From assembly GCA_964016885.1 (NCBI GenBank), contig OZ024740.1:238266001-238330000 (forward strand): a stretch of 64,000 nt of DNA, in the 5' to 3' direction. This DNA comes from Eledone cirrhosa (taxonomy: Eukaryota). Below, piece by piece: positions 1 to 13,859 of this stretch (position 1 is the first letter of the stretch; each line of letters begins with the position of its first letter). The translations under genes were made by a program, and so were the position numbers. A model generated the notes under the pieces. The model ran no database searches. It had not been told where the DNA came from and was given only the letters and a program-made list of their open reading frames with translations.

Positions 1-3000
1 AGAAATATTGCAGAGAATTTTCCCTTCAGAAGATGGAAGAGGTAAATATTCCAATTTGCAGCAGGAGAACTGGTCAGAGGAGATGTCCAGCGAATCCAAA
101 GTAGTTTGGTCAGTTGCCATGGCAACCGAATCGATATGTGCAGGAGACGCAAGGGAGCACACAGGGAATCAAGACAGTGCGTCCGCGGGTACGTTGGCAG
201 CTCATGCTTACATGACGAATGTCACTGGTGTACTGGGAGATGAAATCCAAATGTCTGTATGCCCTCGGAGAGTATCTGTCGGACTTGGATTGAAGAGCGA
301 ATGTGAGTGGTTTATGGTCTGTGAAAACCGTGAACTCCCGACCTTCAAAAAAATGGTGGAAGTGTATCACAGCAAGATAAACTGCTAAAAGCTCTCTGTC
401 AAAAGTACTGTAACGTTGCTCTGCTGGTTTTAGTTGGCGTGAGAAAAACGCCAGTGGTTGAAACTGGTGGTTGGTTGTATGTTGCAAGACTGCTCCGACA
501 GCATGGTCGGACGCATCAACAGTTAAAGAAAGCCTCGCGTTTGCAACAGGATGGATGAGGAAAGAAACTTCAGCTATTTCGGACTTGACGGATTCAAACG
601 ATTGCAAATTATCGGCAGAAAGTGCAATGGGTGCATCTTCCTTTTTCGCATCCTTTAAAAGCTGTGTCAAGGGAAACAACTTTTCAGCACAGTTGGGAAT
701 AAAACGACGATAAAGTTAATTAATCCCAAGAAATGACGTATCTGTCTCAGTGAGGTGGGGAGAGCGATACGCTGAATCGCTTCCACCTTAGATGGCAGAG
801 ATCGAATGCCTTCCGAATCTATAAGATGTCCAAGGAATTCCAGTGAAGCTGTACCAAACACACATTTAGCTGGGTTGATTCTGACCGGGTACGATTGAAG
901 ACGTTGAAATAACTGAGATAGATGTTGATGATGATGTTCAGCTGAATCACTGGCTATCAGGAGGTCATCCACGTAAGCAAACACAAAATCCAATCCACGC
1001 GTGACTTCATCGATAAAACGCTGGAACGTGCTAGAGGCATTCCGCAAACCAAAAGGCATGGACAGGAATTCAAATAAACCAAAGGAGGTGGTCACGGCTG
1101 TCTTTGGTATATCCTCTGGATTCATGGGTATCTGGTGGTATGCACGTACTAGATCTACTTTGGAAAATATCGTGCATCCATGAAGAACGGATGAAAAATC
1201 CTGTAGGTTGGGTAAAGGATAACTATCAGGTGTGGTGATAGCGTTAAGTCTTCGGTAATCTCTTACCGGTCTAAAATCCGCTTCACCCTTTCGAGCCAAG
1301 TGCAGTGGAGATGCCCATGAGTGGTGGACGGTCATATAAGACCGAGCTGGAGCATGTGCTCGAACTCATTTCGTGCTTTTTTTAGTCTATCCGGAGCCAA
1401 CCTCCGTGGACGAGAGAAAACAGGAGCACCAGTCGTTGTAACGAAGTGTTGAGTCGAGTGGACTGCCTGGGTAGGTTTAAATGAAATATCCGTTAACTCG
1501 GGAAATGAAGTAAGGAGTGCATGAAACTGGTTTCCAGCGGCAGCCACAAAAAACGACGGACTGACAACAGTGGCGGTAGATTTACGAATAGGCATAGATA
1601 AGGACGTGGTACTATCCACAAGTTTCTGGTTCCTGACATCTACCAAAAGTGAATAGTGCTGTAAGAAATCCGCACCGAGAATAGGATGAGGTAGGTCGGC
1701 AATGACAAAAATCCATTTAAAATCTCGACGCAAAGCTAGGTCCAATGATAAAGATATCTGTCCATAGGTTTTTATAGGAGACTGGTTTACTGCATACAAA
1801 GAAATGCCGGAGAGAGTTGGTTTGGTAGAGTTGAACCGTAAGGGCCAAATACTGCAACTTGATCCTGTGTCGACCACGAATGATTTGTTTGAAACTCGGT
1901 CTCTGATGAAGAAAACACGATAAGGTGAAATGTTAAGGGAAAGGTCTGCAATGCTCATACTCTCCAAACTTAGTTTTTCAAATGTCCCAAAAGAGCAGGG
2001 CTTGATACAATATTGTGCCTTATCACTGAAACGTGCATGTTACCAACACAAAGAGGAACTGTTGGCGGGGGAGTTGGTACGTCAATGAGAAGAAAAAGAC
2101 CGACTTCGTGGCGCTCGAGCACGACACAGTTTAGCTACTTGACGCGTTAACCCGTCAATAGCTCTCAACATGGCTTCCTCACTAGGTGAGGCAGGCAGTT
2201 TTTTTTAATTAGAAGAGGCAATGACCAAATCAGCTGAGGTAGGTTTCCCAGAAAAGTCCATAATTCTGTCCGTAGAGGCAGCAATTTGTTCTATCGAACT
2301 GGTGTCAACCGTATTCGCCAATATGGTTTGCACATTGGTTGGCAAACGGGAGAAGAATAACTTTTTTACGAAGTAACTGTCTTCGGGCGCAGCATGACTG
2401 AGTTCTCGGATACGCCGTAAAATCTCTGAAGGAGTTCTGTCCCCCAGATTTTCATCTAATAAGGAACGAAATCTACTCTCAGACGACCTACTGTTCCTAC
2501 GCAGTACCTCCGTCTTCAGAGACTCGTAGGAAACGCCTTGAGGAGGGTCGGTGATGATGTCTTTTACTGTAATTGCTAGCGAAGCGGAAATTCCACTGAT
2601 TAGCACGTTTAATTTTTGCTATTTTTCCTGTACTCCGTTGCCCGCAAAATACGCATCGAGCTGGGTGAACCACAATTTGGCATCGCCAGAATACGCTGGT
2701 AACGATGTGTTGCTCATTATTGACACTGTAGACGCTGAGCGAGAATTTCTTCACCGTTTTTTTGTTTTTTTTTTTCCTGTATCTGAATGCCTGCATTCAT
2801 AGGTCAACTGTTGCGTCAAATATTTTCACATCACGTCGGGGTCACCAATTTAGTAAATACCACTACATGCCAACCACTAATTTAATTTGTTTAGAAGATG
2901 TAAAAGAAATGACGATGTAGTAATTGAAATATGACAAATACTTCGGAAAAGTGTATCAGTAACGATTTGCATTTATTGAAGTAGCTTGTTACAATTTTGG

Positions 3001-3225
3001 TAGTGAAACGTACCTCGTGCCATGATGTGGTGTAATCTTGAGGTATAGGATTAGGAAAAGTTTAGCATCTGTGCTTGGTGTGGTCAGTTCTAGAGCCGTT
3101 GGTGAAAGAGGTAGATTGTCCTTTGCTCCTTCTTTTATAATCTCTGGAACGGAAGTTCAAGGAGCTTTCTAGAAATTCTACGGGAAGTAACTCTGGCTAC
3201 TTCCCTTTGTCTAGAGAGCGCTACA
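1..3225 (-). mobile_element. Ty3/Gypsy LTR retrotransposon, degenerate, truncated by window start
   Basis: Minus-strand fragments in gag-PR-RT-RH order: gag-like 2205-2606, protease (VVDTGSS, ILGADFL) 1332-1967, RT (YRRLN, MPFGLRNA, YVDD) 667-1335, RNase H (VDASD, YSTFDRELLA, FTDHKPL) 110-679. Frameshifts and stops separate them. Putative 5' LTR about 2849-3225 begins TGTAG next to a TA tract. Confidence 0.93.
2830..2847 (-). promoter_or_regulatory. Primer-binding site complementary to tRNA-Trp 3' end
   Basis: Minus strand reads TGGTGACCCCGACGTGAT immediately downstream of the putative LTR. The plus strand ATCACGTCGGGGTCACCA matches the eukaryotic tRNA-Trp 3' end including CCA (from knowledge). 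Confidence 0.85.
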
Positions 3226-3327
3226 TATATATATGTGTGTGTGTAACTTATAAGGCTTGGAAGATTTTTTTTCCTTGAGGTATTTTAATTATGAGGGACT
3301 ATTGTGAGTTTTTAACTCAATATATAC

Positions 3328-3409
<82 letters not shown>

Positions 3410-3597
3410 TATATACATACGTGTGTGTGTGTTAATTAAATGTGTAACTATGGTTACATACATACATATATATATATATATACCACACAATGTGTTGTTG
3501 TTTTATAGGTATATTCCTTTTTCTATTAATTTATCAATCAATTATTATGTATATAATATATAATGCATATATAACTGATACACATTATACTTGTATC

Positions 3598-3752
3598 ATC
3601 ATTATCATCATCATCGTTTAACGTCCATCTTCCACGCTAGCATGGGCTGGACGGTTTTGTCCCACTTAAGGCAAGATTGGTGAGGAGACTGTGTCTCGCT
3701 CATACTGAACAGTTTCTGGCGTGTTTTCTATGGCTGGATGCCCTTCATAACA

Positions 3753-3845
<93 letters not shown>

Positions 3846-3892
3846 TTCAAGGAGACAACAAACAGAGATACCAAAAGTCTTATTAGTTTCAC

Positions 3893-3931
<39 letters not shown>

Positions 3932-4140
3932 TCATTTTATCATCATCATTTTACGTCCGCTTTTCCCTGCTTGCAAGGGTGGGACGGGAACTGATTCTGG
4001 CTTGATTTCTACAGCTGGATACCCTTCCTAACACCAACCTCATTTACAGTGAGTGCTGGGTGCTTTTTTACCGTGGCACCTCCACATCCACTTTACAGTG
4101 TGGGCTGGGTGCACCTCCACGACCACTTTGCAGTGGAATG
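3598..4140 (-). repeat. Two RTE-tail SINE/LINE 3' fragments with (GAT)n tails, separated by (TA)n
   Basis: Reverse complement of the motif GTTAGGAAGGGCATCCAGCTGTAGAAA...GACGTTAAACGATGATGATG, which also ends the RTE copies at about 27530-27697 and 43215-43376. Further copies at about 5055-5235, 7000-7350, 34740-35060, 40980-41065, 43920-44100 and 51100-51460. Confidence 0.75.
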
Positions 4141-4224
4141 TGAAATAAAGTGTCTTGCTCAAGGAAACAACACATCACCCGGTCTGAGAATTGAACACTC
4201 TAACCACTAAGCCATGTGCCTCCA

Positions 4225-4261
<37 letters not shown>

Positions 4262-5239
4262 GTATATGTATATGTATATATATATATGTATATGTATATT
4301 AACCTAGCTGTTGAAACGGCTCACCCGTCGGGGTCCCGAATTTTTCATATATACATATATATATATATTGAATTATATATATATATATTCCTAACACCAC
4401 TATAATCACTACCACCACTACTGCCACCATTATCATCACTACCAATACCACTAGCACCATTATCATCACTACTAACACCACTATCACCATTATCCTCACA
4501 CACACACACACCCCAACACCACTGCCACTATCATCACCACCAACACCACTACCACCATAATCCTCACCACCAACACTACTCCTACCATTATCATTGCAAT
4601 CCATTTTATATAATCAATGATCTGTGAAGAATTTCATATTATCCTAGCTGTAATATGAACCCGACCACCACCACCACCACTACTGGTTAAAATATCAGTC
4701 ATCTGTGAAGTCTGTAGCACATTTGTGACAGTGTACATAAGACCTCACTGTCTCTTGTCTCTAGAAACCATTAACAAACTATGAATGCCAGACACTGAAG
4801 CTGATGACATAACATCATAGTCATTGTTACTGATCAAATTCCTCTCTCAGTAAACAAATAATAGCTGTCAGGTTTTTTGTTATTCCACAAGTCTGTTTTG
4901 TTGTGTGTTTTTTTTTTAACCCTTTATTTCCAGCAAACCTCATCATCATCATACTCATCACCCTCCTTAATATACTATTACCGTCATTACCATAATAATC
5001 ATCCTCACCAGCATTGGCATTGTCATCAAACCAAGTTATATATATATATACACGCCCACACTGTAAAGTGGTCATGTAGGCGTCACGACAAAAAGTATTA
5101 ACCCACACTGTAAAGTGGTTGGCATTAGGAAGAGCATCCAGCTGTAGAAATCTAGCCAGAAACAGTCCTATATGAGCAAGACACAGTTACCTGCAACTTG
5201 CCTCTAATGAGACAACCCATCTAACCCATGCTACACACC

Positions 5240-5540
5240 TCCCTCTATATATACACAAGAGCTCATTTTCCAGTCTCCTTCTCAACAAGGAAGATGAAAA
5301 AAATTTACCTCAACACTTAATTTTAAATCTTTAATTTTTCGTTTAGATAAGATGAATTTTACTAATACATCGAAACTGGTTATACTTTATATACTTTATA
5401 TACATTATAAAACTCTTTTTTAAAAGAATTGTCCTTCTCATTTTTTCAATAATGTCACTTTGACAAATCAATGAACGGAAAAGAAAAAAAAACAGATCCT
5501 TAAATATATTTTCCGTCCTGTTTCCAATTTCACCTTTTCT
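5240..5540 (+). repeat. Penelope-like terminal repeat (pLTR) fragment
   Basis: Its 5' part matches about 8840-8912 and its 3' part matches 12341-12530 (direct) and 7928-8079 (inverted). These segments flank the GIY-YIG remnant at 8079-8330. Confidence 0.6.
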
Positions 5541-6122
<582 letters not shown>

Positions 6123-6460
6123 GTAGATTCCACAACAGTTAGTTCACCATTACCGAGAACAATTGTTTCACCTTATTTGGATCATCAACTAATATGGGTT
6201 AGACAAGGCATCCATTTGTGAGACAAGTCAGATCAGGGGATCATGACTTGTTCTTACAGCCATACTGGGGCACGGCTTTGATTTAGTCAATCGTATCAAC
6301 CCACAGTACTTATTTTTTCAAGTCTGGTGCTTATTTTACTGTTCATTTTTGTCAAACCACTACGTTACAGTTCTTAAACAAAGAACAATGGACACAAAGG
6401 ACAATGGACACACAGACAGACAGACACACAAGCAGACAGACAGACATACAAACACACACA

Positions 6461-6540
<80 letters not shown>

Positions 6541-6920
6541 AATATGTAGTTAAAGAAATGACAAAACAAACAGGAAGATGCAAAACACAAAATCCTATTA
6601 GTATTATACTTAGGAGGAAGTAGAAGAGGTTTTGACATTTTGGACATAAGTCCTTCTTCAGGAAATGGCTTTGGAGAGAGAAAGAAAAGGTTGGAACATC
6701 GGAGTTTGGAAAACAAAATATATGATGGTCTCCTGTAGTTTCCATCAACGAAATTCCACTCACAAGGCATTGGTCAACCTGAGGCTAGAGTAGAAGACAC
6801 GTGCCCAAGGTGCTACACTTTGGGACAGAACCCAGAACCAGATGATTGCAAGACAAACCCCTTAACCACACTGTCATACATATGTATATATCTTTGTCTT
6901 TGTCCTGTGCACTTCCTATT

Positions 6921-6998
<78 letters not shown>

Positions 6999-7624
6999 CC
7001 TCTGGCGTCACCCAGTAATATAGAAGACCCGACCCCCACGGGTGCAAGCCGAAGCTGAAGCATATAGACAATATGCCCCCACACCCTCCCACTGCAAAGT
7101 GGTTGTGGAGGTACCACGGCAAAAAAGCACCCAGCCCACACTGTAAAGTGGACGTGTAGGTGCCACGGAAAAAAGCACCCAGCACTCACTGTAAATGAAG
7201 TTGGTGTTAGGAAGGGCATCCAGCTGTAGAAATCAAGCCAGAATCAGTTCCTGTATGAGCAAGATAGGGTCAGCTGACCGGCTACTGCCCACAACAGGAC
7301 AACCCGTCTAACCCATGCTAGGGCATAAAACGGTGATGATGATGATGATATATATGTATATAAATATATAAATATATATAATAGAAATAAATGAAAGATA
7401 TATATTTTATATCATCTCTATTTATAATAGCCGTCGAAACGGCTTGAGCTCTGCCGTCGGGGTCATACTTTTTACTATTTATTTTATTATATATATTTCG
7501 AAATACATACTATTCTAGCATGCAAGATAGACGTTAAACGATGATGATGATGATGATACTAGATGTATAATTTTTTCATGATCTGCTGATAGACAAACGA
7601 GCTAGACAGATCTGTGACCACCAA

Positions 7625-7714
<90 letters not shown>

Positions 7715-7927
7715 GTAATAAATGAAAAATATATACTTTACATCATCTCTATTTATTTTATTATATATATTTCGAAGATGTAAAATTTCATGTATAACAT
7801 AAAGCAAAACATGTCCTCTTCAGACAAAATACATACAAGATGTATAATTTTTTCATGATCTGTTGGTAGACAAATGAGCTGGACAGATCGGTGACCACCA
7901 AGCATATATATATAGAGAGAGAGAGAT

Positions 7928-8912
7928 AGAGAAAAGGTGAAGTTGGAAATAGCATGGAAAATATATTTTAGGGTCTGTTATTCTTTTTTTTTTCCTTTCT
8001 TTGATTCGTCAAAGTGACATTATTGAAAAGATGACATTATTGAAAAAATGAGAGGGACAATTCTTTTTAAAAAGAGTTTGTCAACATAACTATATAGGAC
8101 AGACGGGTGTATCATTACGCAAAAGAATGACCATCCATCGCCAACAAATCCGAGACGTAAACACAAGAAAAATCCCCTTAAGTAGCCACATTGCAAATTG
8201 TGCAGGAATGACTGTACCCAACTTTAAAATCCTCCCCCTTTAGAAGTGCTCCGATTTTTTCACTCAACAACAAAGAATAAAAAAGAAAAACTGTTTATTA
8301 ACAAATTTAAACCAAAATTAAATATGTAATCACCCCCATTAGATCCTTCCTCCTCCCCCCAACACACACACCACAAAATAAGAGAGAAGAAATTACTCAA
8401 TCATATTTTCCAAACATTGCTGTTTGAAAGCCACCACTGACACTTTGCTCTGTTTTTTTGTTTTTTTCCCACCACAGAGGGACCTGTGACAGACATGCTG
8501 AAAAACACACACACCACAACCCCCCCCCCCCCTACACACACACACACACGTGTGTGTGTGTATTGTTATATATACACCCTCACACTATATACACACTCCC
8601 TAAAACCATATTCCAATAATAGAATTTCTTTTACAACCCTAATGCTGCCATAGAATTTGTCTCTAGCTTACAATTCCCCATCCCCCTCGCCATCCCCATT
8701 TGAACTCTTGACCAGTCCATTAACACAATCAGATATACACACACATATTTACAGAATATTTCCTTGGCCCCCAAAAAATAATTTTGTTCTGTGAAGAAAC
8801 ACAACTACCTACACTACTGCTACTATCATGACTACACACCTCTCTCTCTATACACAAGAACCCATTCTCCAGTCCACTGCTGAGCAAGGAAGATGGGAAA
8901 AATACTTATCAA
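7928..8912 (+). mobile_element. Penelope-like element 3' remnant: GIY-YIG endonuclease C-terminus, 3' UTR and inverted 5' pLTR
   Basis: 8079-8330 translates CQHNYIGQTGVSLRKRMTIHRQQIRD...LSSHIANC...FKILPL*...FINKFKPKLNM* (YIG motif, conserved R/H, terminal P.LN). 7928-8079 is an inverted copy of 12360-12530. Confidence 0.8.
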
Positions 8913-11900
8913 GTGGAATGCAAACGCACGGTGCGGTTGGCGTTCATAAATGGATTTCCAGACGACATAGCGGTGAAACTGCAGCAAGTCCCGGGTTACA
9001 AGGAAATAGATATGCATGCACTGGTGGAGCAAGCCCGCATCATAGCAGAAGATGCCAAGAAGAGTGTCGCGGCGATAGCAATGACAGAGGCCCACGGCAG
9101 CCGGCAGCGAAATGGTGAAAGGGAGACAACCACGGCACGCGGTCGCCCGTGAACGTTTAGAGGTCGCTGTTTTAGGTGCCAGGGCCCGCACATGGCGAGA
9201 GACTGTAGAGAATCAAGGCCGGACAAATATGCTACCGGTGTAAGCGATCAGGCCACATCGCTACTAGCTGCGACCAGGCAAACGATCCAAGGGGAACTAC
9301 TGCGTCGGTAGCTGCCCCTTACGAGTAGAGGCGCTGCCCGTGGTGAAAGTTTTCGTGAGGGGAAAGCCACAGCGAGCCCTCATGGACACGGGCTGTACGA
9401 CGACACTGGTGACCGCGGGGGTGGCGCAGAGGTGGAGAGAGAAGAGTAGTGTAAGGGCAGTCGACGGTAGGAAAATTGAATGCCGAGGTCGCAGCGAGTT
9501 GGAGATGGCGGTACGGGGAAATAAAATAAGGCTTTCTGCCATCGTAGTCGACAACGTGGTGGATGGGACCGGCGTAGTTATGGGCATGGACGCAATTGGC
9601 CGTCTAGAAGGCGTCACAGTGAACAACGTCGGTGTGTCGTTTGGCGGCGCCGCATCGGTATGCACTGTGAGTACGCGACAGGAGAACCAGAAGGCCCGCG
9701 AGGAGAAATATCCCGCTTACACTGTACAGGACAAAGACTTCAAGGCCGTGTTCGATGGGTTGTTGAGTGGTACTGAAAGGGAGAACCACCAACACTGAAG
9801 ACCAAAGTGGGCTGCTATCAACACACATTGAAGGGAGACATTAGGAGTGAGTTCGAGCGAGAGGTAGAGAGATGGATTGAGGAGGGCATACTGCTTCCCT
9901 GGAAAGAGGAGGTGAAGTGCGGAGTATTGCCGTTAATGGCGGTGGCGCAACCCTCGAAGAACAAGGTGAGGCCGGTACTGTTCACTGTGACGCCTCCTAG
10001 ACGGCCAACGAGCACGTGTCATTCCACACGGGTGGCGAGGTCACGGATGTCTGTGGGGAAACCCTGCATGAGTGGAGACGCATGACGGGGGCTTCCGCAA
10101 TCGTCGATCTAAAGTCGGCATACTTACAATTACACATAGATGAGAAGCTCTGGCAGTATCAGCTGGTCAGGTATAAGGGCCGGACATATTGCCTGACCAA
10201 GCTCGGTTTCGGGCTGAGCTCTGCACGGAAGATCATGGCGACGGTCCTCAAGACCATTCTGGGAAAGGCCGACAAGATGAAGAGGGCCACTAATTCCTAC
10301 ATTGACGACATCCTAGTGGACGAGTCTGTAGTGTCGGCGGCGGAGGTCATGAGCCATTTACATGGGTATGGACTGGCTGCGAAGCTGTCAGAAGAGTTGG
10401 AGGGAGGAGCCGCGCTGGGACTTAGGCTACGGCAAGACAGGACGGACGTGTTAGTATTCCAGAGGGGAAATGAAGTTCCAGAACTGGGCCCAAGTATGAG
10501 TAGGTGGGAGCTTTTCTCGGCATGTGGATAGTTGGTGGGTCACTACCCGATTGCTGGGTGGCTCCGGACGGCATGCAGCTATGTCAAGAGACGAGTGGGA
10601 GAGAGGACGGTGGCCATGATGCAGGAGATCGTGGAGAGGGTGAAGGCCAACGACCCAGTGCGGGGACACTGGTATGTTCCCAAATCGCAGAGCGGGACCG
10701 TATGGTGCGATGCCAGCAGCATAGCGCTAGGGGTAACGTTGGAGATAGGAGGTGTTGAGGTCGAGGATGCAGCCTGGCTTAGGAAGAAGGACGATTGCAA
10801 CCACATCAATGTGGCCGAACTGGACGTAGTGTTGAGCGGGGTGAACCTCGCCCTGAGGTGGGGACTGCGCACCATCGAGATCCGCACCAACTCGGCTACT
10901 GTACTCAGATGGGTGAGATCAGTGCTCACCAGTGAGAAGAGAGTGCGAACGAGAGGGGTGGCGGAGATGCTGATAAAGCGCCGCCTGGGAACTTTAGGAG
11001 AGCTGGCCACCGAGTTCGACCTGAGGCTGAGCGTAGTTTTCGTGCCCTCAAAGAAAAATAGGGCGGACGTTTTAACCAGGGTGAAGAAAGCCTGGATGGA
11101 AGCACCAGAGGATGTAGAAGAGGAGATAGCTGCCGTGTGTCGGCTGACCGAATTGGATCTGAAAGGGTTGCATGACATGCACCACATGGGAGTGGATAGG
11201 ACTCTGTTCCTAGCCAGGAGAATCGACTCGGACATTAACAGACACAGTGTTCAAAGAGTGGTTAGAGGCTGCGTCCGATGTCAGTCCATTGATCCCACCC
11301 CGGAAGCGATTGGCGGTGGATGTAACACACTACCGACAAGGAACGTACCTCTCAATGGTTGACTGTGGACCGGGACGGATGGCGATATGGAGGGAGATGA
11401 AGACTGGAACGGCCGAGGAAATCACGCGGACGTTGAGAGAGGTGTTCTTGGAGCGGGGCCCTGTGGACGAACTGCTGATGGACAACAGCGTAGCGTTCCG
11501 CTCGGAGGCGCTGAGGGAGATGCTCGATGGATGGAAGGTGGACCGTTTCTTCAGAGCAGCGTACAGGCCGAGCGGAAATGGAATCATGGAGCGACACCAC
11601 CGGACGATCAAAGCAATGGCGGAGCGGGGCTACATCTCACCAATGGAGGCAGTGTTCTGGTACAACATGTCTCCTCGGGTGGGACAGGTTGAGGAATCGA
11701 TGCCAGCAGTATTCAGATACGAGTGGTGGCACCCGTGCACGCCACCACAACGGCCAGCAGAGAGAGAGAATGCATTCGTGCAGGTGGGCGAAGAAGTCTG
11801 GGTTAAGCCCTCAGATGCACGTTGCACATCTTAATGGGGAAGGGGAACTATGACGGCCGTAAATTCCCAGAGCAATGTGTCCGTGGACGGAGTACCACGT

Positions 11901-12340
11901 CATATCCAGGATGTCCGTAGAATTACTGTGTCAACGGACTCCGAGGAAGAGGAAACCCAAAGTGCCGCCCCAACACTGCGGAGATCGCAAAGAAGTCGTA
12001 AACCACCAACCTGGACAACAGACTTTCATATGCAGCAGGACGAGGGGGAAATTGATCCTTGAGTTCAGGAGGGGGGTATGGTGTGGTGTGCGGTGGCCGG
12101 AGGCTTGGGAGTGCTCGACCGGAAGAGTGCTTGACCGGAAGGGTGCTTGGCCGGAAGGGTGCTCGACCGGAAGGGCCAGCAGGTCTGCCTCTCTCTAGGG
12201 TGGTCAGCGAACGTGGTGGACGTCAGTTTTGGAGCTCCCGGTTAACCAGTTGGATTGTACGCACGTGGGAGAGGAGAAACCAGCCATTGGATTAGCAGTG
12301 CCAGCGAAAGCGGTAAGTGAAGTAGCTTTTTCTAACCACA
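8913..12340 (+). mobile_element. Ty3/Gypsy LTR retrotransposon, 5'-deleted, frameshifted
   Basis: Zinc knuckle (CFRCQGPHMARDC, about 9167), protease (LMDTGC) 9340-9798, RT (YIDD) 10016-10531, RNase H (WCDASS) and HHCC 10532-11300, integrase core (LLMDN, NGIMERHHRT) 11247-11834, polypurine tract AGGAGGGGGG 12067-12076. Confidence 0.92.
12082..12340 (+). repeat. 3' LTR of the Gypsy element
   Basis: Follows the polypurine tract. Starts TGTGGT and ends ACCACA (6-bp terminal inverted repeat). Contains short tandem GTGCT(C/T)GACCGGAAG units. Confidence 0.8.
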
Positions 12341-12579
12341 TACTTTATATACATTATAAAACTTTATATACATTATAAAACTCTTTTTTAAAAGAATTGT
12401 CCCTCTCATTTTTTCAATAATGTCATCTTTTCAATAATGTCCCTTTTGACAAATCAAAGAAAGGAAAAAAAGAAAAACAGACCCTAAAATATATTTTCTG
12501 TGCTATTTCCAACTTCAGCTTTTCTCTATATCCACTGCTTTGTATAGAACCTTATTTCCCTTTTCTAATATATATATAT

Positions 12580-13850
12580 GTCAGAGTTGAGCTAGTCACC
12601 TGCATAATCGATAAGGTAATAAAAGATGGTGCCATGCCCAATGACTGGTGTAGCAGTATGATCATCAATTGTAGCAAGGGAAAAGGTAATGTTCTAGAAA
12701 AGAGCAACTACAGAGGAATAAATCTGATGAACCAAGTTATGAAAATAGTGAAAAGAATTGGGGAAAGAATAATATTAACCCTTTAGCATTAAACCATCCG
12801 TATCCAGCCAGAATTCTCTCACCTCTTTCTGTTCAAACCAGTTGTAACCGGCCGCTCATACTGATGTTAGGGTATTCTTCTCAAAATAAATAACATCAAA
12901 ATCTCATAGATTCAATATTATGTGAGGTAATGCCTTTACTGTGAAAATATAAAAGTATATATAGAGTAATGTAAATGCAAAAGGGTTAAATGAGTGCAGT
13001 TTGGTTTTTTGTCAAGAAGGAGCACCACAAATGGTCTCTTCTTTCTAGTTAAGTGTAGCTACTATATGTAACTTTTATTGATCTGGAGAAAGCCTTTGAC
13101 AGAGTTTCACAATTTGATATTGTGTGAGATAATTAAGTGAGGTAAAGCCTTTACTGTGAAAATGAAATAGTAAGTATAGTAAGTTTAGCAAATGCTAAAG
13201 GGTTAATGTAGAAAAAGAACATAGAATCAAAAGCTCGGAATAAACTTAGCAAATATCAAAGTTTTAGTAAGTAGGAAAGGGGACAAGACACTTATCCCAT
13301 CAGGAAAGTGGCCATGCTCAATATGTAGAAAAGGTGTAGGAAGGAACTCAATACGATGTACTCAATGTAAGGTGTGGCTACACAAGAGGTGTAGTGGGAT
13401 CATAGGTAGACTAATAAAAAGGATAGACTTTGCACATGAGCAGTGTGCAACAAGAGCAGCAATGAAACAAACTTTTTTCAAATTTCAGGAAGGTACTATA
13501 GAATTTGTTTATAATTTCTGTTACTTCAGTGACTTAATTAGCAGTAGAGAGGGTTGCCCTGAAAGCATAGTAGCTAGAATAAGAACAGACGGAGAAAGGT
13601 TTAGGGAGCTACTACCTATATTAACAAGAAAGAAATTGTCACTAAAAGCGAAGGGTAGATTGTATACTGCCCGCATGTGATGTTGCATGACAGTGAGACA
13701 AGGGTGGTAAATGCAGAGGATGTATGGAAACTGGAGAGAATTAAAGTCAGCATGCTCAGTTGGATGTGCAATAACAACTGAGAGAAAAGCTGGATATAAG
13801 AGGAACCAGATGTGGTATGAAGACTTCTGGTTTGGACATGTGATGCATAC
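12580..13850 (+). mobile_element. Old degenerate RTE LINE fragments
   Basis: Decayed homologues of the RTE at 41292-43376 (CSKGKG..NYRGINL, DLEKAFDRV, GKWPCSICRKGVGRNSI, WLHKRCSG, WFGHVM), with many stops and MITE interruptions. Confidence 0.8.
12779..12985. mobile_element. TTAA-flanked non-autonomous MITE (piggyBac-like)
   Basis: TTAA-CCCTTTAGCATT ... AATGCAAAAGGG-TTAA. Homologous copies of about 210 bp at 46286-46493, 60374-60581, 61491-61697 and 30417-31398 (split by an insertion). Confidence 0.75.
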
Positions 13851-13859
13851 ATACATGCA

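Noticed and set aside
2830-2847. tRNA-Trp gene
   Set aside because: Only the 3'-terminal 18 nt including CCA are present, next to an LTR, so this is a primer-binding site.
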